64,000 nucleotides of DNA from an uncultured Chloroflexia bacterium. Its GTDB lineage: Bacteria > Chloroflexota > Dehalococcoidia > GIF9 > AB-539-J10. Position numbers and translations under genes: made by a program. Under the pieces are notes generated by a model that saw nothing but the letters and a program-made list of their open reading frames with translations, made no database searches and was not told where the DNA came from. This document shows positions 52,055 to 61,347 of the stretch, piece by piece; position 1 is the first letter of the stretch; each line of letters starts with the position of its first letter. Where the stretch lies: contig CAVSBM010000005.1 of NCBI GenBank assembly GCA_963726175.1, positions 17,445-81,444 of the forward strand. Direction: 5' to 3'.

Positions 52055-53449
52055 CTAAGTGGGTTGCAGAGGGAGCCATACCGAAAAGGTGCTTCCCACC
52101 CCCACCTGGCTTTCCACCTCTATCTTTCCGCCGTGGGCCTGAGCAATATGGCGGCATATTGCCAAACCCAGACCAGTGCCTCCCTCGGCACGCGAGCGGG
52201 ATTTGTCAACCCGGTAGAACCGCTCAAAGATGAAAGGTATATCTTCGGCAGGGATGCCGACTCCAGTATCCTTGATGGCGACCACAGCCATTTGCCCTTC
52301 GCGGCGAACTGAAACGGAGACAGTCCCCGGAGCCGGGGTATATCTGATGGCATTATCTAGAAGGTTCATGAACAGTTCTCGCAGCCGGGCTTCATCACCT
52401 TTGACTACCAAATCCTGCGTCTGGCCTAACTGAAAACTGAGCCCTTTTTCCTGACAGAGAACCTCTACATCTGTGCTCAAGTTAGTGATGAGCTTGCCGA
52501 GATTTACCTCCGCAAAGTTCCATTGTTCCTTTCCGGAGTCAGCACGAGCGAGGGTAAGTAATTGTTCAATAAGGGAGGACATCTGTGTTGATTCCTGAGA
52601 AATGGTCTCTAAGGATTGCCTGTAATCGCTTGGCGCTCTTTCCTTCTGGAGAGCCAGAGTGGATTCAGCTTCAATTACCGCTAGGGGAGTACGTAGCTCG
52701 TGCGAGGCATCACTGGTGAATTGCTTCTGGCGCTGGAACGCTTTTTCCAATCGTCCAATCATCTCGTTCAGCGTGGCTGCGAGTCTCCCCAATTCGTCTT
52801 TGGTGTTCACATTGATCCTTCGAGTTAAGTCACTTTCCTCGATTTCCTGTGCTGTCTGGGCAATCTTGTCCACTGGCTTAAGTGCTCGGCGGGCTAGAAA
52901 TATGCCGCCTCCAGCAGCTAATGCCAGGGCCAGCGGGACAGCTATGATGAGGGTGTGTACCAACCCAGCTAATGCCTGGTCTATCTGTTTTGTTGAGCGA
53001 GCAATGACCAGTGCTGCTGGTGGGAGACTAGGTGTCGGTCCCGCCGGGCCAAGGTTTACGGGGACAGCCAGGAGACGCAATCCTTCGCCTTGCGTTGTCC
53101 GGATAGTGGTAAACAGACTCGTGCCGGCAACGACTTGTGAAATGAATTCGTGACTCAAGGTAATGCTTATCCCTGGGGTGGACCACTGCACCGATTGGTT
53201 ATCACCGTAGAAATACAAAACGACGATTTCCCCCAGCTCCTCCTGGAATTCTCCTTGCCTGATGCTTTCCAAAATAGTCGGGAAACTAACTAGCTGCGTT
53301 GAACGTAGTTCCAGCGAATCATCCAGACTCTGGCACAGGCTTCGCGAGAGGTAGAAATACACCCCGGCACTGAGGGCAACCAATAGAACTGCCAGCACCA
53401 ACAGGTACCAGATGGTGAATCGGAATTTGATGCTGTGAATGAAGCTCAT
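52055..53449 (-). CDS. Sensor histidine kinase (two TM segments, HAMP, HisKA, HATPase_c)
   Basis: 464 aa. H-box FTSDASHELRTPL, N-box LLDNAIRYT, G-boxes DTGVGI and GGTGLGLAI. Confidence 0.9.
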   Translation of the reverse strand: MSFIHSIKFRFTIWYLLVLAVLLVALSAGVYFYLSRSLCQSLDDSLELRSTQLVSFPTILESIRQGEFQEELGEIVVLYFYGDNQSVQWSTPGISITLSHEFISQVVAGTSLFTTIRTTQGEGLRLLAVPVNLGPAGPTPSLPPAALVIARSTKQIDQALAGLVHTLIIAVPLALALAAGGGIFLARRALKPVDKIAQTAQEIEESDLTRRINVNTKDELGRLAATLNEMIGRLEKAFQRQKQFTSDASHELRTPLAVIEAESTLALQKERAPSDYRQSLETISQESTQMSSLIEQLLTLARADSGKEQWNFAEVNLGKLITNLSTDVEVLCQEKGLSFQLGQTQDLVVKGDEARLRELFMNLLDNAIRYTPAPGTVSVSVRREGQMAVVAIKDTGVGIPAEDIPFIFERFYRVDKSRSRAEGGTGLGLAICRHIAQAHGGKIEVESQVGVGSTFSVWLPLQPT

Positions 53450-54117
53450 GGCGCTTTGAACCGATAGCCGGCTCCTCTCACCGTCTGAATCAGGCTATCC
53501 TCCCCCTCGTTGTCAATCTTACGCCGCAATCTGCGGATATAGACATCTACCAGATTAGACAGGCTATCGAAGTCGTAATCCCAGGCGTGTTCTTCGATCA
53601 TAGTCCGCGTGACTATCACGTTGGGATGGCGCATGAAGTACTCCAGGATGACGTATTCCTTGGTAGTCAATTCAATAGGTCTTTGTCCTCGCCAGATCTG
53701 GCGGGTAAGAGTGTTCAAAGTTAAGTCTCCCACCCGAAGGTCTGGCGATTTAGACATTCCCTCTCGCCGCAGGAGCGCCCGGACTCGGGCAAGAAGCTCA
53801 TTAAAGGCAAAAGGTTTAACCAAATAATCATCGGCTCCTGTATCTAGCCCTTTGACCCGGTCCTCCACAGTATCTTTAGCGGTCAACATCAGAATGGGGG
53901 TATTAATCTTCTTGACGCGAAGCTCGTGGCAAACTTCGATACCATCTTTGTTGGGCAGCATGATATCTAGAATGATGAGGTCATACGGATTGACCTCGGC
54001 AAGATATTCTCCTTCCTCTCCGTCGTAGGCTAGGTCAACAGCGTAGGCTTCCTCTAGAAGCCCGCGCTTGATGATAGTACACAGTCGTCGGTCATCATCA
54101 ACAACCAAAATTCGCAT
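53446..54117 (-). CDS. OmpR/PhoB-family response regulator
   Basis: MRILVVDDD..., DLIILDIMLP, LTAKD, and a C-terminal winged helix (LTTKEYVILEYF...VDVYIRRLRRK...IQTVRGAGYRF). 4-nt overlap with the kinase gene. Confidence 0.9.
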   Translation of the reverse strand: MRILVVDDDRRLCTIIKRGLLEEAYAVDLAYDGEEGEYLAEVNPYDLIILDIMLPNKDGIEVCHELRVKKINTPILMLTAKDTVEDRVKGLDTGADDYLVKPFAFNELLARVRALLRREGMSKSPDLRVGDLTLNTLTRQIWRGQRPIELTTKEYVILEYFMRHPNVIVTRTMIEEHAWDYDFDSLSNLVDVYIRRLRRKIDNEGEDSLIQTVRGAGYRFKAP

Positions 54118-54194
54118 GACACACTCCCCAAACACATCATATTACACCAAGATGAACATGAAATGAAACAGCTCGATTGTATGTTTTTTCTGGC

Positions 54195-54222
54195 GTTCAC
54201 CCCCAGTTCATGGTGGGTTCAT
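54195..54222 (+). promoter_or_regulatory. Three direct repeats GTTCA(C/T) phased at 11 bp; candidate OmpR-family response-regulator binding site
   Basis: GTTCAC (54195-54200), GTTCAT (54206-54211), GTTCAT (54217-54222). Located in the divergent intergenic region between the regulator and lipoprotein genes. Confidence 0.5.
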
Positions 54223-54344
54223 ATTGCTGTGATAAGCTTGGTTTGCGCTGGTGGGCGACGAACTGGAAGGAGGGAGGGATATGTATGGTTTGATAACGGA
54301 AAGAAGTGATGCAGGTTTAAGAGCTTTAAGAAAGGAGGACAAAA

Positions 54345-55223
54345 GTGAAGAAAGCGAAGAATAGAGTACTTTTCATCTCGTTGGCGATGATGCTAGCTCT
54401 CACCATGGGTCTTATGGGCTGTGCGCTCTCCCAGGAAGAACCTCAGATACTGAGCGAAGGTCTAGCTGGGGGAATAGTGGCTGCTGTGAGTACTAGCTCA
54501 AACAACACTGAAGACCAGAGCCAGGCTATGGATCGATACCAGGCGCTTCTGGACAGAGCTTGTGCTATCTACGAAGAGAAGACGGGCACGAACATCGACT
54601 CAGAGCAATTAGGAGATGCTCTGGACCAAGCTCAAGGCGAGCTACGGGATGAGGCTCTAGAAACCCGACTGCAGAACCTAGTGGACGAGGGCAAGATGAC
54701 TCAGGAAGAAGCAGACCAGTATCTGGAATGGTGGCAGTCGCGGCCCGACATCGCACTGCCATTACCAGGACTTGGTGGACCGGGTCTTGGCGGACACATG
54801 GCTGGAAGACCAATTGGCGCCGCGGATGATAGCTCCCGCAACGTTGACCAACAGAACCAGCCTTCCAATCGATACCAGGCGCTTCTGGACAGAGCTTGTG
54901 CTATCTACGAAGAGAAGACGGGCACGAACATCGACTCAGAGCAATTAAGAGACGCTCTGGATCAAGCTCAAGGGGAATTACGCGATGAAGCTCTAGAAAC
55001 CCGGCTGCAGAACCTCGTGGACGAGGGCAAGATAACTCAGGAGGAAGCTGACCAGTACCTGGAATGGTGGCAGTCCCGGCCCGACATCGAGGTACCATTA
55101 CCAGGGCTTGGCGGACCTGGTCCTGGCGGTGTCATGATGCAGGCCAGAGGCTTCGGGCCGCGGGGTGGTCCGTGTCGTGGCTTCAATGCTTCCGCTGAAG
55201 CAGGCGACTTAGTAAGACAGTGA
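54345..55223 (+). CDS. Lipoprotein with an internally duplicated helical module (DUF2680/YckD-like, tentative)
   Basis: GTG start after AGGAGG. Signal peptide plus lipobox LMGC. Two modules of about 88 aa: RYQALLDRACAIYEEKTGTNIDSEQL.DALDQAQGELRDEALETRLQNLVDEGK.TQEEADQYLEWWQSRPDI, each followed by PLPGLGGPG. Confidence 0.75.
   Translation: MKKAKNRVLFISLAMMLALTMGLMGCALSQEEPQILSEGLAGGIVAAVSTSSNNTEDQSQAMDRYQALLDRACAIYEEKTGTNIDSEQLGDALDQAQGELRDEALETRLQNLVDEGKMTQEEADQYLEWWQSRPDIALPLPGLGGPGLGGHMAGRPIGAADDSSRNVDQQNQPSNRYQALLDRACAIYEEKTGTNIDSEQLRDALDQAQGELRDEALETRLQNLVDEGKITQEEADQYLEWWQSRPDIEVPLPGLGGPGPGGVMMQARGFGPRGGPCRGFNASAEAGDLVRQ
54533..55132 (+). repeat. Direct in-frame duplication, about 264 bp x 2, with a 336-bp period
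   Basis: 54534-54796 versus 54870-55132. The first ~70 nt are identical (CGATACCAGGCGCTTCTGGACAGAGCTTGTGCTATCTACGAAGAGAAGACGGGCACGAACATCGACTCAGAGCAATTA), with scattered substitutions after that. Confidence 0.9.
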
Positions 55224-55403
55224 AGCAGAACTTGCCTGGGAGAGGGGGAACACTCATCCCTCTGTCCCAGGCAGGAACCTGGACTCAAGGCTACAAGAAC
55301 ACATTTGGGACCGAAATGAAGGAAAAGAGTGAGAATGAGAAACGATACAAGGAGCAGCACTCACCTAGAGAAAATGGTCGACAAGAGTTTGCACTGTGTT
55401 TTC

Positions 55404-56491
55404 ATGACAGAAGGTGTAGGAGAGAATGAGATTAAGATAAGGTACGTTGTAATATGTGCCCTTTTGCTTGCTAGTATGAGCTTGATTGTTGCCTGCGCAC
55501 TAGCTAACTCCCCCAGTTCCGCCTCAGGATATGTGTATATTGACGAAGGAATCGGCTCCGAGCTTGGTACCCATGAATTAGTAGCAGGGGTGGCTCCTGC
55601 CGTGGTTTCTATTGTCGTTGAAACGGTGAGCTACAACTGGTTCTGGCAGGCAGTTCCTCAGACAGGAGCGGGAAGCGGGATAATAATCAGCTCAGATGGC
55701 TATATTGTAACCAACAATCATGTGGTAGAAGGTGCCAAAAAGTGACAGTGACTCTGAGTGACGGGCGTACATTTGATGCAACTATAGTGGGTACAGACGC
55801 GCAAACAGATCTGGCAGTAGTGAAAATCGACGCCAGTAATCTTGCCTACTTACACTTCCTTAGCAACTCCTTGGAACGGCTTAGCGTCCTTGACCCGGTG
55901 GTAGCTGTGGGCAATGCTCTGGCTCTGCCTGGAGGTCCTACCTGGACTACTGGGGTGGTCAGCAATCTGGGACGCTCTATCCAAGAGGAAACCGGAGTCG
56001 TGCTCGATGACATTATTCAGACTGATGCGGCTATTAACGCAGGGAATAGCGGTGGACCGTTACTAGACGCAGCAGGGCAAGTGATTGGCATCAATGTGGC
56101 TATCGCCAGCAATGCCGAGAATATTGGCTTCGCCATAAGCACAGATACTGCTATCCCAGTAGTGCAAAGCTTGATAACAGAAGGAAAGGTAGTTCGGCCC
56201 TGGCTTGGAGTGTCAGTGGCCACGGTTACCCCAACTATTCAGCAATACTATCACCTCTCAGTCGGCGCGGGAGCTCTCATTACCAGTGTAAGCAGTGGTA
56301 GCCCGGCAGGCAAGGCTGGATTAAGAGCGGGTGACGTTATCGTTAAGATGGATAATGGAGATATCAGCACTGCCGCGGAACTGACCGCAGCCATAAGTTC
56401 TCATCAAATCGGTGACCAGATTGAGATTGTCTATTACCGTGGGAATGTACAGCAGGTGGCTAATGCCAAGCTCGAACAGTCCCCGTCTTAG
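55404..56491 (+). pseudogene. htrA: HtrA/DegP-family serine protease with a PDZ domain, frameshifted in an A run (55737-55741)
   Basis: 55329-55745 ends ...GYIVTNNHVVEGAKK*; 55742-56491 continues VTVTLSDGRTF...TDAAINAGNSGGPL (catalytic Ser) plus PDZ. Adding one A restores EGAKKVTVTL. Start codon uncertain. Confidence 0.85.
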
Positions 56492-56548
56492 GATGACTGA
56501 GTCGATGAAGGAGAAAAGCAGATCGGCGCAGGCATCAGAGCATCTTAC

Positions 56549-56794
56549 CTAGCCAAGCCGGGCTGTAACTACTTCGCCACCTTCTATGACGACGGCCATT
56601 GTCCGACCGCAGTTAGGGCAAGCGAGCGGCCCGCTGTAATTGGCTTTCGATGGCTCCAAAGGGATGCCTTTGCCACAGCCCAGGCAGATTACTCCTGAGG
56701 ATCTTCTCGGACCAGCCTGATGCTGTTGCTTGTGGCTAGCCAGCTGCTCTATGGTAGCGAATTCAATTCCACAGGTAACACATTTGAAACGCAT
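56549..56794 (-). CDS. Small zinc-finger protein: classical C2H2 finger plus a CxxC...CxxC zinc ribbon
   Basis: 81 aa. FKCVTCGIEFATIEQLASHKQQH fits F-x-C-x2-C-x3-F-x5-L-x2-H-x3-H exactly, followed by CLGCG...CPNCG. RBS AAGGAGAG; TGTGCTATAAT extended -10 upstream. Confidence 0.7.
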   Translation of the reverse strand: MRFKCVTCGIEFATIEQLASHKQQHQAGPRRSSGVICLGCGKGIPLEPSKANYSGPLACPNCGRTMAVVIEGGEVVTARLG

Positions 56795-57178
56795 TTCTCT
56801 CCTTAGCTCACTCGAAATATCTAGTCATCCAGTCTCCGAGTTCGGTATCCCACGATTATAGCACAGTGTTCTTCCTTGATGAATATTTGGGCTCAGGTCC
56901 AACAACATACTATAATGCCAAAGGTCAATAGCTCCGGCTGAATATCCTTCTGTTTCATCTTCGCATCCGTGGGCAGACCCCAGCCTCTCTTTTCCTGGCT
57001 CCCAACTTAGCACTTAGATACGGGTTCATCCGCCCGGCGGAGTCCCATCATACCTCATACGGGTTTGGCCAGGAAGGCAGGGGCACCATGTTGTGCACAC
57101 GGGTTGGCTCAAATGAGCTCCCAAAACGTCAATCGGCGTCTCCCTGCCCACCTGATGCAATGACGACACCTCCTGTAC

Positions 57179-58453
57179 TTAGACTGCAACCGGTATCAGA
57201 GCCGGTCTTGTATCCTGGTAATAGGTCTGATTCTTAACCAGGGCAAAGGCCAGGCGCAGCAGCCTGTTGAGCGCTGCCCCCACAATCTCTCTTCCGTTGA
57301 GAGGGTTGGCATGAGGTGGCCTCTCTCGTCTCTGCTTTGCCCAGGCCCGGAAGTCTTCACTGAAACGCAGCATCGGGATAACCGCCGTCCAGGCGCAGTA
57401 TCTCAGTAACCGGCGACCTTGCTTACTCATCGGTGTTTTTAATCTCTTCTTGCCAGCTGATTCCGATTCAGTGGGATTGCTGCCTGCCATCTTTATCATT
57501 TGCTTGGCGCTCCGGTATAACTTGAAGCAACCGAGTTCAGCCAGTAACCCAGCCACAGCAATATAATTGAGCCCCCTTATTGAGAGCAAATATTTCCTTT
57601 CCTCTGTTTCATTCACCAGCTTGATCAATGTCATCTCCATGATGCGAATTTGCTGTTTGACCAATTCAAGCTTATCGACCAAGAAGGCGATTTCAGAAGA
57701 CATCGAGTGGGCGCCGGCATAGATCCCGATTGATGTTCTCGCCGAGCAGTGTAGTGTCCTCAGTTTCTTTCGCATCAGGCGTCGCCTTTTGTGGCGGGCC
57801 TCGATTGTGGCTATAAACTCATCCTCTGTCATCCCGGCTATCACCCTGGGGATGGGACACGTGGAAAGTACGCTCAGGGCCGTAAGCCCGCCGGGATCTT
57901 TGAATACCTGAGTAAACTCAGGGAAAAGCGCATCAAGCAGCCCTTTCACCAGGTTGGTTATCCTGGTCCTTTCCTTGACCAGTCGCTGATAGGCGTTGTG
58001 TGAGGTCCGAAGTTCCGCATAAACACCCTGCGGGATGACACTCTCAACAAACTCCCCAGTACACAGGAGTTGCGCTGCTACTTCGCTGTCTCGATAGTCA
58101 TTCTTCCTGCGATTGATATCCTTGCCCTCGCGCCTCCGCTTCAACGTATATTGGTTGATGAAGCGGAAGGGAATACCTCTCTCATCAAGGTAGTAAGCTA
58201 TATTCCGCCAGTAGTGACCTACTGTCTCGATAGCAAACATGACACCCCGGCAACAAGATTTCACCATTTCCACTCTGGCTCGGTCCAACATCATCTCCAG
58301 TCCTTCCCGGGTGTTGTCGAACTTGAATTTGGCCTGGGCGGTGAAATCTTGAGTCATAGCCACCGCGGCATGCCTCTTCTTATGTGGGTCCACTCCTATG
58401 ACCAGGTATCCCTCCGGCACCTGCTTTCGTTTCCTGGCTGCAGTATTCTTCAT
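57179..58453 (-). CDS. IS110-family transposase (DEDD recombinase), intact
   Basis: 424 aa. N-terminal VIGVDPHKKRHAAVAM (DEDD_Tnp_IS110) and C-terminal Transposase_20-like GLNYIAVAGLLAELG...AGSNPTESESAGKK. Confidence 0.85.
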   Translation of the reverse strand: MKNTAARKRKQVPEGYLVIGVDPHKKRHAAVAMTQDFTAQAKFKFDNTREGLEMMLDRARVEMVKSCCRGVMFAIETVGHYWRNIAYYLDERGIPFRFINQYTLKRRREGKDINRRKNDYRDSEVAAQLLCTGEFVESVIPQGVYAELRTSHNAYQRLVKERTRITNLVKGLLDALFPEFTQVFKDPGGLTALSVLSTCPIPRVIAGMTEDEFIATIEARHKRRRLMRKKLRTLHCSARTSIGIYAGAHSMSSEIAFLVDKLELVKQQIRIMEMTLIKLVNETEERKYLLSIRGLNYIAVAGLLAELGCFKLYRSAKQMIKMAGSNPTESESAGKKRLKTPMSKQGRRLLRYCAWTAVIPMLRFSEDFRAWAKQRRERPPHANPLNGREIVGAALNRLLRLAFALVKNQTYYQDTRPALIPVAV

Positions 58454-59471
58454 CTGAGATAGCTCCTCCTACTTTAGATTTGGTGCTGAGCCACACCATT
58501 GAGTCTATTGTAGCCGGAGCTGTCTCCCTTAGCTATTCAATATACTAAATCGTCAGTTGTGCAATGAGGTAACAAGACAGGTAACATGAAAGAATAATAC
58601 ACCTCCGTAAACCATGGTGTAGAGTTTAGATTGAACAACCAAATTAAGAAGGAGGTGCTGAGTGAAATATATTGGTTTGGACTGTCACAAGCAATATGAT
58701 TTCGCTACATTGATCTACTCCGAGACAGGGGAAATCAGGTCGAAAAAACTCGCTCACAAGAAGGACGAATTTGAAGCGTTTATTGGCGATAGAAGCAAAA
58801 GCAAGATGGTAATAGAATCATGCTGGAATTGGTCCAAGACGTATGAGCTGGCTAAGGATCTCGTTGATGAGGTAATACTTGCTCATCCCCTTAGGATGAA
58901 GGCTATTGCTTCAGCCAAAATAAAGACTGATGCTATCGACTCCCGAACGCTGGCCCAGTTGTTAAAGGCTGACCTCATTCCCCAGGCTCATTTAAGAGAA
59001 GCTGACAACCGGGCCAAACAAAAAGTAATCAGACACAGGGCTTTCATGGTGGCAATGCGGACCAGGGTTAAGAACAAAGTAAACGATCTTGTAAACAACC
59101 GGCTATTACCACCAGCCGTTGAAGAGACAAAGCCTAAGAATCTTTTCTCAAAAAGAGGAAAAGGGGAGAACGGCGTGGCATGGCTCAAATCATTGGAATG
59201 GTCTGTAGAAGATAAAGAGATATTTGAATCAGCTATGAGACTAATAGAGCAGTTAAGCCACGAGATATCAGTTAGCAATCGGATGATTGATGGAATATAT
59301 AAAAGGGACAAGGATGCCCAGCTGCTTTATACTATTCCCGGAATAGGGAAAACTCTTGCCGTACTCATTAGCACCGAAATAGACGGCATTGGCCGGTTCA
59401 AATCACCATCCAGGTTATGCTCTTATGCTGGCCTTGTACCATCTACCCATTCGTCAGGGGGAAAGGTATAT

Positions 59472-60752
59472 GGTACAGACCGGATACAATGGTAACAAAA
59501 TAGACCGGACACATGGGTAACAGTTAAGGTATTGGCAGGAGGTGTGCCAATGCCTTGGAAGGAGACCCGTGTGATGGACCAGAAGATAACGATGATAAGC
59601 AACTGGCTTTCAGGAGAATACAGTATCACCGAACTAAGCCGTATTCATGAGGTGAGCCGTAAAACCCTATACAAATGGATTGGGCGCTACGAGGCTGACC
59701 AGGACTCAGGGCTTCAGGAATGGTCAAGAAGACCGCTTACGATGCCCAGGGCTACTCCTGCGGAGCTAGTTGCAGAGATACTAGCCTCAAAGATCCAGCA
59801 TGAGCACTGGGGCTCTCGCAAATTGCTGGCCTGGTTAAAGCGTCATCAGCCTGAGAAGAGATGGCCAGCGGCCAGTACGACCAGTGAAATCCTGAAGCGT
59901 CATGGGCTTGTTCATGGCCGCCGTAAGCGCCATCATATTCCCCCTTATAGCGAGCCCTTCTTGAAATCCAACCAGCCTAATGAGGTCTGGTGTGCCGATT
60001 TCAAAGGCCAATTCCGGTTAGGGGGTGGGTTTTGGTGCTATCCGCTCACCTTGACTGATAGCTATAGCCGATATTTTCTCGGCTGCTGGGGACTGGCACA
60101 TCCGGCATATCTCCTAACCAGGTCATGTTTTGAACTTGCCTTCCGCCGGTATGGCTTACCGAGCGCTATTCGCACAGACAACGGTGTGCCTTTTGCATCC
60201 GTTGGTTTGGGCGGTCTTTCGAGTCTAGCGGTGTGGTTTGTCAAACTCGGTATTCGGCCGGAGCGTATTGAGAAGGGGCATCCTGAGCAGAATGGTCGGC
60301 ATGAAAGACTGCACCGCACCTTAAAAGCAGAAGCCATAAGTCCGCCGCGTAAGAGCCTGAGTGAACAACAGCGTGCTTTTGACCGCTTTAGAGTGGCCTA
60401 CAACAATGACCGGCCGCATGAAGCCTTAGGTCAGAAAGCACCAGCCTCGATGTACCGGACCTCTGCCCGGGAGTATCCAGCTAAGTTGTCAGAAGTCGAA
60501 TACCCGCAAACTTTCAAGGTCAGGCAGGTAAAAAAGAATGGGGATTTCAAATGGCAGGGCAAGGAACTTTATCTCAGTGGGGCTCTGGCTGGAGAGCAGG
60601 TGGGACTAAAAGAGATAGACGGTGGAATATGGAAAATTTACTTTAGCTTCTATCCGGTGGGCATTCTGGATGAAAGAACATCTAGAATTGTCTCATGCTA
60701 AAAGTGTAACCTATGTGTCCGGATAAAAGTGTTACCTATGTCGGGATTGTAC
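59472..60752 (+). mobile_element. IS481-family insertion sequence (about 1.28 kb) with imperfect terminal inverted repeats and a 4-bp ATAT target duplication
   Basis: ATAT at 59468-59471 and 60753-60756. Ends GGTACAGACCGG... and ...CGGGATTGTAC. Subterminal CCGGACACAT(G/A)GGT(A/T)AC is present in inverted orientation at both ends. Confidence 0.75.
59550..60701 (+). CDS. IS481-family transposase (HTH + DDE/rve integrase core)
   Basis: ATG 59550 after AGGAGG. HTH (ITELSRIHEVSRKTLYKWIGRY), DDE core (WCADFKG...IRTDNGVPF...PEQNGRHERLHRTLK). Confidence 0.85.
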   Translation: MPWKETRVMDQKITMISNWLSGEYSITELSRIHEVSRKTLYKWIGRYEADQDSGLQEWSRRPLTMPRATPAELVAEILASKIQHEHWGSRKLLAWLKRHQPEKRWPAASTTSEILKRHGLVHGRRKRHHIPPYSEPFLKSNQPNEVWCADFKGQFRLGGGFWCYPLTLTDSYSRYFLGCWGLAHPAYLLTRSCFELAFRRYGLPSAIRTDNGVPFASVGLGGLSSLAVWFVKLGIRPERIEKGHPEQNGRHERLHRTLKAEAISPPRKSLSEQQRAFDRFRVAYNNDRPHEALGQKAPASMYRTSAREYPAKLSEVEYPQTFKVRQVKKNGDFKWQGKELYLSGALAGEQVGLKEIDGGIWKIYFSFYPVGILDERTSRIVSC

Positions 60753-61347
60753 ATATCATGGAAAGATGATCTTGCGGGGAAGTAGGTGGTTAAGGTGGGC
60801 TTTGATTGAAGCGGTAGTGCCGGCATCTTATGCCGATGTCGGCATAAGACAACGATTGGAAGCCCTTAGAAAAGTCAAGAATGCAAATGTGGCAAAAACG
60901 ATAATGGCCAGGTGGTTGCTTAAAGTAGTGTACCATGTGCTTAAGGATGGCAGGCGTTATGAGCACTCTGAGCTACGTGACGTAAGCCGGAGCCGCCTTT
61001 CAATTGCCTTAGCGAGCTCTTAAAGAGTTGCGCTCCTAAAACAGGTTAAGGGGCTCCAAATCTGACGTTGCAGTGTGCACGCACAATTGTGGCAGGAATA
61101 GGAGGCTGAGCAAGGTCTTAACCGAAGGCAGAATATAGGAAATGTTTGAATGAGCAGATAACAAGACTTGCATTATTCCTTCATAGGAGGCTAACGTTCA
61201 ATGATCTGGAAATGTCATCATATGAGTTTTCGGCGAAATCTAATCCAACAAATAGTTTCATTCGAAGGCAATTTGGACATAATCCTTGCTTAACCATTTT
61301 TGACAAATTGTCTAGTATTATTGGATCATCTGTCCGGTATCTCTCGT

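Larger units (their letters stand above)
58662..61023 (+). pseudogene. Second, divergent IS110-family transposase gene, interrupted by an IS481-family insertion
   Basis: 58662-59471 (MKYIGLDCHKQYDF...IPGIGKTLAVLISTEI...PSTHSSGGKVY) resumes in frame at 60757 (HGKMILRGSRWLRWALIEAV...). The joined ORF would be 358 aa. Confidence 0.85.

Noticed and set aside
51660-52157. 165-aa minus-strand ORF overlapping the ends of the O-methyltransferase and kinase genes
   Set aside because: It overlaps two well-supported genes and has a Gly/Pro/Ser-rich, low-complexity composition.
54533-55132. Periodic repeats (336-bp here, 114-bp at 20485-21930) as possible CRISPR-like arrays
   Set aside because: Both are in-frame coding repeats with no short conserved repeat/spacer alternation, and no cas genes are present in the window.
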